In this document: in pieces, positions 11,766-24,395 of the stretch
Position numbering within the stretch: the stretch's first letter is position 1
Layout: the number at the start of each line of letters is the position of its first letter
From: Rhynchobatus australiae
Taxonomy: Eukaryota
Reading direction: 5' to 3'
Length of the DNA: 64,000 bases
Assembly: GCA_034780895.1 (NCBI GenBank)
Contig: JAUZTB010000042.1
Coordinates: forward strand, 17,625,390 to 17,689,389
Program-made: the position numbers and the translations under genes
The notes under the pieces: model-generated
What the model saw: only the letters and a program-made list of their open reading frames with translations
What the model was told of the DNA's origin: nothing
Database searches by the model: none

Positions 11766-13907
11766 GTCACCGTGATTGGACATCAGTGCTGAGCTAAGAA
11801 ACAATGTTACTGTAGTTTTTTAGAATTTGTATTTTTTTCTGTAAAATTTACTATGGTCATATGACATTGACCAGACTTATTGCAGTGAACTGTTCTATGC
11901 AAATTTTGGTAAAAGAAAAGGTAAAGCACCAAGTTACAACTGTTTCTATTGAACCCTTTGGATCCTAAAATAACTCTAAATACCCAGATTGTAAGTTGAT
12001 AAAGGGATGTGGGTATTTGGAATTCCATAACTCTTGGAATCTCTTGAATTTCATATTATTAACACTATACATACAAACGGGAATGATTCCAATGGCACTT
12101 GCATTGGCTAAATGATACACACCAGCCCTCTAGACAGTGGGCAGGTTCCATTCCACATCTCATTGCACAACATCAGGTGGAATGTTGATCAATTTTCCGT
12201 GGTCTCTGGTTTGAGTTTGAATTACTTTAAAAGCTGAAAAAGTGCAAAAAAAAAGAAAAATGCAGTTAAACAAGAAACACCGAACAGGTCTTATCATAAA
12301 GCAGAAAATTGAGGACTGCAGCACAGTTTAACAATGATCAGCAGTTTCATATTTCAAATCAAAACAGTCCTCAATTCTGCAGAACAATGATTGGAACTGA
12401 CCATTTATCCTTTCAATTGGTGTGCCTGAGATAGTTTCCCAGTGGAAACAATTGTCCTTCCTTACTTTTACCAGGTACCTCAAAAGACCTAGACACTTAA
12501 ATAAGTTTCATTCAACACTTTCTAAGTTCTAAAGGGTTGATGCAATGCACGAACAAGCCTGACGTATCTCTGGATGGTATCAATACCGTTAATAGACATG
12601 GTACATGAGTACAAAAATCCATGGCTATAAGTTTTCAAATGGACACTACAAGTTTTCTTTATTAATGAAATGGAACCTCCATTCTCTGCCACAGAGTAAG
12701 CAACAGAAATTGGCAGATAATTAACAACCTCCAAATTTTGGCTTTAGATATATAATGCAACAATACATTCGTCTGAGGAATAAAGAGAACACATATGAAA
12801 ATAATATGAATTGTATGGGCAGTTGTAGGTGGTTTATGCAATTCAGTAGGAGAGTAACTTTAGTGGACTGCAATATAAGTTTACTTCTCATGCAACCAAT
12901 TCACCTTTGAAAATTCTAACGCATAATTGGGAAGACAATTATTTAATGGAGTGTAAACAACTGAGGTTGCACCATGTGGCATAAAGACACTTGTACCTTA
13001 AATCCTCACAAAGCAAATACTTAAAGCACAGCACTGCCAAATCTGTACTGGTCAGTCCATCTATGGAACATTGCATTGGTAGACAACAACCCCTGTCCTA
13101 CATTACACTCCTAGACTATTTGTCTCCAGTGCAACACTACATTGTGATTTACTAGTGCAATTGATGCCACTTTATTGCATGGTTTTAGTTGTGCCACAGA
13201 GTGCTTCTACTTGAATGCACTTTCAGTGCATTAAAACAGTTAGAAATTTGAATCATCATGGCCTTTTAAAACTTGACAAATGGAACAATGATGACCAAAA
13301 AAGTGCAGAAATGTCACCAATTCTTGCCAAGATTCCTTTGAGCGGGATGAGCAGCAGAGAGAAACTGCTATCCAAAATGTTGAAGTCAACTAGCTGTGAC
13401 AGATCCATTCTATAATACTGCAATGAAACCCAGTTTCAGAAAAAGCTATGGTAATATGTCTTGCATTTGATCAGTTTTATATATTGCATTATTCCAAGTA
13501 TTCTTGTTAGATCAGTGGTCTGAATCTTGTATAACCTCATCATGCTTTGACATTTACATTTTTATGATGGCTGTGGAATTATTATTGGTCATGTTAATCC
13601 AATGCCTTAAATTTAAAGCATTCAAGCCATCTACTGGACATTGGCATTCCTCTTCAGGTAATATTTAATATTAATGAATAGACATGAAGTTTAGTAGATG
13701 TGCTGTTACTTGTATAAAAATGTAGCAATTCAGAATCAGTAACCACTGATATGAAACTCCCCGAAGAATTTATCTAAATGAACAATTGATGATGAGCACT
13801 GCAAACAATGATTTCTCAGTTATACTTCAGAAATGAATAGGAATGGTTTTGTGCAGAGGAAAGCTATTAAAATAGATATTGAATCATATTACATAAAGTC
13901 AAATAAA
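11766..13907 (+). other. Probable ERC1 3' UTR (end uncertain)
   Basis: AT-rich, transposon-free sequence after the stop; AATAAA at 12779-12784 and 13902-13907; first clear TE begins near 14314. Confidence 0.5.
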
Positions 13908-14313
13908 TTTAAGCAGAAGTTAGGAAGTTAAAAAATCTCAAGCCACTGAAAAAAGAATCAAGTAATAGATTTATACAGTGGGGAAAAGGAGGTCTTTGGC
14001 TAGTTGAAACCATGCTGACCATCGTGCACCATGTGGTCAAAACACATTTAGTTACATCTGTATCAAGACTGTTATTGAAAAGCATTCTTTTGAATATCAT
14101 TTTTGGTATTTCATTTGAAATCTCAAAGCAATTTCTATGCAAACAAATGCTAGATTTACCTTCTGTTGTGTTTTGATAACTGATAGAAATAAATTATAAC
14201 TTAATACTCTAAACCATGCAGATATGTCTCACAAGAAGTCTCAAATTTGTCTATGTTAGACTTGCATTAATAGTTGACTGCTAAAAGTAGATTCTGGCTC
14301 ACAGAATAATATG

Positions 14314-15017
14314 AATCAGATTTATTTTCACCGACATATGTCATGAAATTTGTTGTTTTGTGGCAGCAGTACAGTACAAGACATAAAGACATATAAATTA
14401 CAAAATTAAAGAGTGCAAAAGAGGAATAACGAGGTAGTGTTCATGGACCATTCAGAAATCTGATGGCGGAGGGGAAGAAGCTGTTCTTGAATTGTTGAGT
14501 ACGGGTCTTCAAGTTCCTGTACCTCCTTCCCAAAGGTAGTAACGTGAAGAGGGAATGTCCCGGGTGGTGAGGGTCCTTAATGATGGATGCCGCCTTCTTG
14601 AGGCACTGCCACTTGAAGATATCCTCAATGGTGGGGAATGTTGTGCTGTGATGGAGCTGGCTGAGTCTATAACCCTCTGCAGCCACTTTCGATCCTGCAC
14701 ATCGGAGCCTCCATACCAGGCGGTCATGAAACCAATCAGAATGCTCTCCACCGTACAGCTGTAGAAATTTGCAAAAGTCTTTGGTGACATACCAAATGTC
14801 CTTAAACTCCTAATGAAGTAGAGTGGTGTACCTTCTTCATGATTGCATCGATATGTTGGGCCCATGATAGATCCTCTGAGATGTTGTTGCCCAGAAGCTT
14901 GAAGCTGTTCACCCTTTCCACTTCTGACCCCTCAATGAGGACTGGTGTGTGTTCTCAAGACTGCCCCTTCCTGAAGTCCACAATCAGTTCCTTGGTCTTG
15001 TTGACGTTGAGTGCGAG
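14314..15017 (-). mobile_element. Rex1/Babar-type LINE, 5'-truncated 3' end
   Basis: LYFIRSLRTFGMSPKTFANFYSCTVESILIGFMTAWYG and KKAASIIKDPHHPGHSLFTLLPLGRRYR...FKNSFFPSAIRFLN, typical C-terminal RT region; frameshifted. Confidence 0.9.
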
Positions 15018-15874
15018 AAATTTACAGAATTGTACATTCTTTGAGCCAGAATCATATTATTATATCCAATTCCTTCTCTGCATACCTCCCATTGACCATA
15101 CAGTACAAGAGCAAAGAGGTTTGCTGGGAATTTACAATGTAAACCATTAAAGAAAATTTTATGGCATTTCATCATCATTAACCTAAGATGTCACTCCAAG
15201 ATGAGGTGACTGCATTATGCTTTAAATATTCTACCTCGTTAATTTGAGGTGAAAGCCCCTTGCTTCTTAGGTCGATGTCAGATGCAAGAGCTGTCCAGAA
15301 ATGATTTTATCTCCAGAGTTCTTTCATTTGCTCCCTGTTGAACATGCAAGACTTTTTGTAATAAAAATAGAAAATCCTGCATATACTTAGCAGGTCAGGC
15401 ACTGTCTGTGAAGAAATATTTCGGGTTAACGTCTTTTCATCGGAACTGTGCCTTTTGTTGCTTTCTCTTGTTAGAACAGGCTGCAATGAAAGTAAGAAAT
15501 TTGTGCTTAATATTGCTCATTGATGTGGCTGTAACTTTAGATGTATTGTATTTCCAGTTCTTAAATGGAATGATAAAGGAAAAGATAGTTTAGTACATAA
15601 TACATTTATATCATTAGTGATTTAATTTGTGAAATTAGTTCTGAGTTAACTGAAAGACAGGTAACAATAACACTGCAGTTTTATAGAGAATGTGCCACAG
15701 GTCACAGAAGCCTACTCAAAAGCTCCAATGTCATTGAGCACATCAACTGGGTAAAATTACACCGACCAATTGAACCAGGCCATATGAATCATTGTTTTGC
15801 GCAGTTTTTTGTGAGAATTTAGGAGATTTGAAAATCCAGGTTTTCCAAAGTAATTTTAATCTTAGAAAACATAG

Positions 15875-16410
15875 GTTTGGCTGCATTTGGATTATTGTGT
15901 ACAGTTCTGGTTGCCACACTACAGGAAGGATATGGTAGCAATAGAGAGAATACAAAATGAGATTTATCAGGATGTTGCCTGGAATGGAGGGCTGTAGTTA
16001 TAATGAGAGACTGGATAGACTGAGTTTATTCACACTGCGATGTAGGAAGTGGAGGAATAACCTTACAGAGGTTTGCAAAATGATGAGGAGCATAGATAGG
16101 ATAGATAGTCAGAATCTTTTTCCCAGGGCAGGAGGGTCTAGAGCTAGAGGACACAGATTGAAGGTGAGATTTAAAGGAGATCTAAGGGATAAGTATTTCA
16201 CACAGAGGGTGATGAATATTTGGAACAAGCTGCTAGAGGAGGCAGATACCATTACAACATTTAAAAGGCATTTGGACAGATACGTGGATAGGAAAGGAGT
16301 AGGAGGATGTGGTCCTAATGTAGGCAAATGACATTAAAGTAGACGGGCATCATGGTTGGCACAGACAAAGTGGTCCATTTTTAAGCTGTACCTTTCTATG
16401 ATTCTATGAT
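15875..16410 (+). mobile_element. CR1 LINE 3' end
   Basis: RFIRMLPGMEGCSYNERLDRLSLFTL...RGHRLKV...FTQRVMNIWNKL; tail TTCTATGATTCTATGAT. Confidence 0.92.
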
Positions 16411-16559
16411 TAATTATAATAAGATAATGGGATTTGGTTATCTTGCTTTATCCCTCTCATTCCTTTCTTGGGTGTCAGAAAATAACATCATTAGGTAAAA
16501 CTGGCCAGAAAAGAATTAAAGGAAGTTGTTGCTCTTTCTAGAAAACCATGTATGGGGGT

Positions 16560-16930
16560 GGAGGGCTAGTTACCCAAGGACACAAAGACAGGCAGTATTG
16601 CAGGCAGTGTAGTTGGAAGCATTAATTACAAATGGATTAAAAGATTAGGTGAATGAACTAAACTGTAGCAAATAAATTTCATTGGAGGCAGAGCTGAGCA
16701 AAAAAAGATTGTAAAAAGGCTAGAAGCAATGGAAGTCCACAGAGGCTTGACGTTCATTAAGACATTATGGGTAGGCATAGAAAATAATCAAGAAGGCTAA
16801 TTGAATGCTGCTTTTCTGTATAAAGGGCTGGTGAAGTTATGCTACAACTTCATGAAGTTCTGGTTAAATCACACGATATACTCTGAGCAGTTTAGGCTAC
16901 CATATTTTAGAAAGGATGTATTTGCAATGG
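16560..16930 (+). mobile_element. Highly degraded CR1 fragment
   Basis: Remnants such as AGATTAGGTGAATGAACTAAACTGTAGCAAATAAATTTCA and CAGTTTAGGCTACCATATTTTAGAAAGGATGTA. Confidence 0.6.
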
Positions 16931-17750
16931 TGGGACATCTCCCAAAACAATACATTGCCCTACAAGTTATATTCTGTTGTGCATCATTCTGCATGTTATA
17001 GAATAGGTTTTATCAGTAAGGCAGATTTTGTAGATTCCCAAATATTTTCCAGACCCTCCTTGTCCATGGTGTGATTCATTATTGAGCACAACCATGCTAG
17101 GCTTGCTTTGAAGTCATTTCTGCATGCTATTCACAGTGAATGGTCTTCTACAACACATAAAACGACTTTTCTATCCAAGGCTATGTAGTCCAATGCCCAC
17201 AGGTAGTACACTTTTAAGTTTTGTACTTAGCTCGTACCATAGGCTTCCATTGCATCTACTTTGGCTCCCCACAATCATATCCCAAACTAATGTAACCCTA
17301 CCTGGACAACCTCTTCCACCAGCTGCTTATGACCTCAACCCTCCCAACACCTGATCACAACCCTGATCCAGTACACACCAGGCGCAGATCTCTACCCCCC
17401 TGCCCAAAGTTCAGTCTCAACCTTAGTCTTGATTTCTCCTGCCCCATTACCCCATGATGCCTCTCCCCCACTGCCCAGCTCCAGAGAATCTCCAACCTTC
17501 ACCCCTCCTCTCTTGGGGCTCTTCCCACTACAACAATGCCACCAGCAATCAACCTGAGTATCTTGGCTTGCTGTACACAAGACATGCTGCATGTCGGTAG
17601 GTTTGTTGCAATTCCTGGTTTGGAACTATTTTTGGGCCCTTTTTCAAAATCAAATTAAGAAATTCCCCAGAATCTCTAAAGGTCTGATTAATTGAACTTT
17701 ACTGGTTATTGGGGAAACAGAAAGGCTAGTTGGTGCAAAACTATTTCTTC

Positions 17751-18020
17751 TGGAGTACAGGAATACTGGGCATTGGTGGGGTATAGATACACTGGACAGT
17801 GATGGGGTGCACAGATGCACTGGATTGAGATAGAGTGTACAGATACACTGGGCTGCAGTAGGGTGTACAGATACACTAGAGCACAGTAAGGTGCACAGGT
17901 ACACTGGGCTGCGGTAGGGTGTACAGATACATTGGACCATGGCAGGGTGTACAGATTCACTGGACAGCAGTAGGTCTACAGATATATCAGATCAAGATAG
18001 AGTATACAAGTGCACTGGTC
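17751..18020. repeat. Minisatellite, ~28-bp unit (GGGTGTACAGATACACTGG + ~9 variable nt), about 9-10 degenerate copies
   Basis: Directly visible periodic units. Confidence 0.88.
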
Positions 18021-19148
18021 CATGAAGCTGTGCTTAAGATACATTGGGTGCTGCTTTCCAGTAAAAGTCACAAAGGTGGAATATGTGATTTATTAGCAAA
18101 TGGATGACAAAAGTATTTTATACCAGGGATGACATATAACAGTAACTAAATGGAAATTATCCTTGAAATAAAAGGAAAGTGCAAGGAGCTTTAGTGAATA
18201 ACCACTTGTGGGTTACAAGGCAGTAATTTTATTGAGCTGGGCATTATAATATGAGAGTAAATTTCATGTTTTGCAAAGATTAACAGATTGAGCCATTGCC
18301 TAAATTCATTCCCCAGCAATATTGATGATAGTTTTATTGTTAATGTTATTTTTGGAGTTTTGAGGATGACAGTTGCTTACATTCCTGAAAAAAATTATCA
18401 TTGATGTTTATTTAGGAGCTGAAAGTACACATCATTGGCTGGTGCTGCAGAATTATCATGTTTTAGGAATTGTTAGATTACTGGGAAATACATCAAATAA
18501 TATACTGTTAAACAAACTGTATGCATCTTAAATCTAAAGGGTAATACACCAATCAAAGTACCAAGCTATACATAAAATAAGGATTTAAGTTTGAATTGCA
18601 GTTCATGCTGCATTTGATTACCTCAGGGTTGGGTACATCAGTGTTCTCCAGCTCTGAAGGATAATCAGCTAAGATTTCCACTTCTGTTTACTTTCCAATG
18701 ACTCCTGATGGAAAATATAACCAGATTATACTGGTTTGGACTGGCATTCTCCTTATTCTGAGTTTGTAATATTAACTATGCTGAGGTAAAGAGGTGTTGA
18801 GGAAACATTAGGCACTTCCCTATAGGTATAATAAAGAGAACTCTCTTGAGGCAAATTTCAAAGTGATAATATTAGGATCCAGGGAAAAGAACAGAAACCA
18901 TTACTGTAATAGAAGCAGTCGGATCCAGTACTAGAAGGAAATTATACTTTATTCAACTTAATCATATGACAACTTTTAATTAAACATATTTCCCCAAGGA
19001 AAATTTATTCATATTTTGTAAAAGAAAGTGTCCCCAGCAACAAAAGAAACAATGATTGCAGGGTTCTAGCCACTCATTTTATATATCTGGTGAAGCAATC
19101 AAAATTCCTCCAGTCCCAGTCCTACGCTTGCATACAACTTGCACAAAC

Positions 19149-19157
19149 CACACACAC

Positions 19158-19188
<31 letters not shown>
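19149..19188. repeat. (CA)n microsatellite
   Basis: Direct CA run with one CG interruption. Confidence 0.97.
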
Positions 19189-19446
19189 TCACGCCTGCAC
19201 GCAAACTATCTGCTGCACACCCAAGTAACAGAATATCATCAAGGCATTAAATATGTCACAGAGTAGCTAACATCCCTGCTGCATCTAGTGCTGTTTTCAA
19301 TGTCTCAGCTGGATCATTGCCAGAATTTCCCATGTCCTTGTTCTGTTTCATTAAATTTTTCAGCAAAGTAAATTAAACAGAAAACAAAAATGGCCTGATG
19401 ACTTGCTGTCACCCACTTTAGGCTGCTGGACAAGTCAATTTTTAAT

Positions 19447-19533
19447 TCTGATGAAAGGTCATTGACCTAAAAGGTTTCTTTGTCCACAGATGCTGCCTAA
19501 TCTGCTGAATATCTCCAGCACGTTCTGTTTTTC
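19447..19533. repeat. Fragment of common elasmobranch palindromic repeat (Penelope-associated end)
   Basis: CTGATGAAAGGTC..GACCT..TCCACAGATGCTGCC..CTGCTGAATATCTCCAGCAC.TTCTGTTTTT; same family as 43736-43996 and 63254-63410. Confidence 0.75.
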
Positions 19534-22500
19534 TGAGTGTTATCTCTTTCAGTTTTTATAATATTTTGTTTTTGCATTCTATCACGAATGTCTCATGTTG
19601 AACAAATGGATCATAGGGTTATACTCAAAAGTATTCCTTTATTTTCTCAACATGGATTTTGTCAACTCTTCCTCCACATGAGCTTTACTTAAAAGATACA
19701 CGGATGCATCTTTCTGCTGTCATTATTACCGTTGCTAATATGCTATTGATAAAGTCCTTATCAATAGATATATTCTTATCAGTCATACCTGTATTAGGTA
19801 CAATGTATATTTGGAATTTGAATGTGATACAAATGGGCTCAGTTGGACTGTGCTTGACGCGGCCAGCACCTCACCTTTGCCCCTCGCTAGATTCCTACAG
19901 CTGCAGTAACCTTTTCTCGCCCTTTATGTCCAATTGAGTTGAGTGCTTTGCTGCCCATGAACTCCAGCTGAGTCTCAGGCAGGTCTTAAGGCTCAGTCCC
20001 CAGACCACCGTGATTGTGTTTTGACAGTGTATACTGTCAATGGCTTTTTCTGCTGTTAAAATGGATTTAAAAAAAAACTATAAATTTGTGTAGAAGCACA
20101 TTTAACTGATATAAATTAAGTTAAAACATCAATATTAGCCAATGCTGATAGCTGTCATTTCTCTCTGGAACTGCTAATAACTCGTAGTTAAAACACTGAG
20201 GCTCTAAAATCCTCAGAATGGCACCGTGTCATTCTGTTTTTACGTAATCCCTTACAGTTGTTTCAGTTCATCAGTCCTAAAAATGGATGAAGCCTACAAT
20301 TCAGGAACCTGTGGAATTAGAATTTGCCCTGACCCTTGTCATTCTGAAGAAAGGCACCTCAGTTTAATAATCCAGTATTTTCATTGTATGAAAGCAAATT
20401 TCCACCTTATGCTTTGCCTTTCTAACTTTATCTTTGCCTCCTAAAAATACAATTTGCAAAGTTTTTTGTAGTACAAATATTTTTGGTATTAATCTACATC
20501 TGTTTAATGTAAGTCATCATTTCCAGTAAAATAGACAAGAATTGGAAGAGAAATTTGGAAAAGGAAGACCTTTGGCTCTTATTTACTGGTGTAACAGTGC
20601 AAAAACTTAATCAGGAATAATTAATTATTTCATTGTCTTAAAGGAACAGCCTAAGATTTCCCATTTCATCATCCAGTTGGTTGTTAAGTGGTTCTGAGGA
20701 TCTTGATTCCATTTTTCTTCCTGGAAGTATAACCATTGGTAACACTGTGTGAGGAAGTATTACTTGGTATTAGTCCAAATTTTAACTATTACTGGTTTGA
20801 ATCTGTGTCCCTTTATCTTGCTCTTTCAGTTAATGAAATGTGGTGGTCCCAATACCAACCACTGAGGCACCCCACTCAGTACTTCCCATCCCCATCCCCC
20901 TCCCCACTGTAATTTCTGTACATGTACTTATAGGCCTAAAAAGTCTATTGTTGAGCCTGTTTATGTGTGCTATATTATGACATTGTATCAGAAATTGATT
21001 ATGTACCAAGTGTGTCATTCGTGTACTTCTAGGTATTTTCCCTAAAGCTCTGGGTACATAATCATTGGAGACCAATGGGCATATGCAGTAGTGTCACAGG
21101 GGCGCCCCTTGTGTCATAATATCATTTGCACACACTTGGTCTGATTATACAAAGTTCACAAATAAAGCACAATGCTGTGCCTTGCACAATGAAGCAAGTC
21201 TAAACAAAAGGGTTGAGGTCTGCTCTGGCATTAGTTCAATAGGACCCAATGCTTCCACTGCTGGGAGAGCTTCTCCTTCTTCCAGGTAGGTTCTCCTGAC
21301 CTTCTCACTTGCCATTCCCAATGTTCTCCAGCTGCCAAAGGATTCAGATCCCCCAAACACTGTTCTGACCCCTGCCTAATCCTCTCCCTTCCAATCCATT
21401 CCACAGCCCCTGCTCAATCCTTGCAGCCCCCACTTGCCCGATCTTCATGCCCAGCACCCCTCTTTGCTTGACTACCCAGGCAAATGCTTTCCCCATCCAA
21501 TCATTTCGAAAACCTTTCACCAACCCCTGGCAGATCCACCAACTCCCCGCCAATCTGCTCCACCAATACCTGCTGCTCTACCTCAAATTAATTCCTTCTG
21601 TCCTCCTAGCTGCATCTCCCAATCTCCCACTGATACTCTGCACCCCAGCTAACCTCCCCATGAGTTTTGCAGGCAAAAGCCTGTGGGCAAAGGGTCTTAC
21701 AAAGTACCAATCCCACTTTGTGGCACATGTTGCCTCAGACATCAAGCACAGGAGAATATTACTAATAGGGTTTTGCACAAACCAAGTGGGCCCCCATGCA
21801 GCGTCATTTTAAGATGTACTTTTCTATCCTCCTAGATTATTGTCCATTCCCAAAGTTTATCCTGAATCCTAATGATTGTAATTTGACAAATAGCTTTTCT
21901 AGTGTACTTAATATTATTCATTCAGTGTATAATATTTGAAAATAGGATAAACATGTCCACGAGATGAATATTTCATCTGTTTAGGGACTGAATTTAGTTG
22001 ATCTGGAAGGACCTGGGGCAGTAATGCACTTAAAATAGCAGGACAGTATTTACCACCTTGTTCATAACTCCATTCCAGAAGGTGGTCCAGTTTGTCATGG
22101 AAATGTAAATCCTATGATGCACATAGACCCAGAAGGTAAATTTAAAGTCATATTGTCTGACAGGGGTTACTGCTCAATGCAAATTCAGGCTCCCACACTC
22201 CTGAACCCAGATCTGATAATTGTGACTACTCGCACACTTGCTAACACCTGGTCTGGCTCGATATTGGCCAGTCTTACTCCTCTGAGTTGTATCAGCTCAC
22301 CTGTTTGGCACTCTTCAACATTCCCCAGTTCAATGTAGAAGAGACTTGCCCATAATTTTCATTCATATTTTTGCAGTCAGTAACCAGTTGTTGCATTCTT
22401 CTACTTCGTCATCCTAATCGCAAAATTGATCCCAGTGAGTCATGAATCCTGAATATCTCCATGGTTCTGCTGCCCTGGTCAACTATGCTCCTTGTACATT

Positions 22501-24221
22501 TGCATCTATTTTCAACACAACCAAACTGATTACTGAACAAGCTGGTTCATTGGAACTTAAAGGGAGTTACCATGCCCAAATTATCACATATTCCCAAACC
22601 TGATAAAAGAAAATGCATGCAGATTTATTATTGTCTCTCATTAAAACTTCTGATCAGAACCAGCTTAAGAACAAACGTTTAAAGCTGGAATGCCTGAATG
22701 TGATGTGAACAAAGCTTGTTTCACTGACATTATGAATGGGCAATGGAGTGTACCCACTACCTCCAATCAGATGTCACAACAAGGAATGTAATGTAAAACC
22801 TCTTTCCTAGACTATTTCCCACATCATTGTTCATAATTTCAAATTTGTGAAAAGGATCTTCTGCTTTTATGGACCCAGTGTGTTGGTTTGTAATTCTAAA
22901 TTTAAACTGAGCCAATTCACATCTCAATGCAACAAAATGTTGGATGAGGGCAGAAAAGTTTGGTACTTTGCCAAAGGACTCCCTTTGCTGATCAGTTTGC
23001 ACCTTCACCAAATGAATAGTTTATCTTTCTTAACATTACAGTACCCGAGCTGGGACGTTAGTTTCCCCATGGGCTCCATCACTATTGAAACCTATCTACA
23101 CAGCTGAGTTCCCATGGTTAACTGCTTCAGGGAATGCTCCAGAAAGCCAGTTGACCAAAACCATGATGAACTACTTTCACTTTAATGTGTGATAGTATTA
23201 ATGAATTCCCAAAGCAATTATAATATAATTTCTATCAATTATCAGCTTTATTTAGCAATTTTAACTCATATTTAGCTTCTAACCACACATCAATTAAAAT
23301 AACCATAACCAGTAAGTAATCACTTTGTGGAACTCCATTGAGGCAGTTACAAGGTTATCATTATCAGAAGCCTTTGAAATAGACTAATAATGCAAATGTA
23401 GACATATTGTTATTGAAATGTGGTGACTTGAATTAGTTACTGCAGAACACTATTTGTCTGTCCATGAGATCTAGTTTCTAGGTCTGGAATGTAGCTTCAT
23501 GATATCTGCCTTTCACAGGCCATCAATAACCAATGGAGGAGAAACAGAATGAAGTGAGTTTTAAATGATTATGTAGTTAATAGTTCAGTCTGATGGTTGA
23601 TCTGGTACTCATCTCAGCAAGGAGAAATGATTATACAGCATCAGTGATCTTGTATTAATAGTTAGATTATTCTATGAATTTCCTTTGCTACTAGTTTTAT
23701 ATATTTGCCACACCCAACTATAAACTCTTGATATGTGAAGCTGAGGAGAAACCAATCACCAATCTTTGAAATTAATATTGATTCACATTCCTCTCGCTGG
23801 TTTTTGATCCATAATATTTCTTTCATTGCTTTTCAGTAGTTAATTGGTACACACATTTGCCACACCAAATATATCTTCATTGGAATAAGAACTGGTTCAA
23901 TTTACATGATTAGAACAGAGTAATATCATATCAGATTATAGGATTCCACGTGGGCCTGTGTCAAGCTAGAAACTTCCCCTACATCATCTTATTCACATCT
24001 TTCAAATGACATTCCTTTCTTCAACCACAAGTGCAACCATTTCAAAGCGGCCTATTTTTTCACATTCCTCACCCTTCTGGCAGAGGGCCCGGTCTGATGG
24101 ATTTCATTGACACAGAAAAGCTGCCTGCACTCATCGTCCCGTGTACTCATACTCACCACTCACCCAAACCTTCACTTCCATTCACAACTCCTCTAAAACT
24201 GAAACTGTCTATGTCCTCACG

Positions 24222-24395
24222 CAGCAAGACCTAGACAGCATTTCGACATGGGCTGCTAACATACCGCGTGTCACACTGCCAGGCAATGACCATCTCCAAG
24301 AGAGAGTCTTGCCACATACTCTTTAGATTCACCACCATCAATATCCTGGAGGAGTCACCATTAACCACAAATGCAACTGAGCTAGCCACTTAAAG
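24222..24395 (+). mobile_element. CR1/L2-group LINE RT fragment
   Basis: QQDLDSISTWA..., CQAMTIS and PTINILG-type motifs. Confidence 0.7.

Noticed and set aside
17751-18020. CRISPR-like repeat/spacer appearance
   Set aside because: Linkers are only ~9 nt and related to each other, repeats are degenerate, there are no cas genes, and the context is vertebrate.
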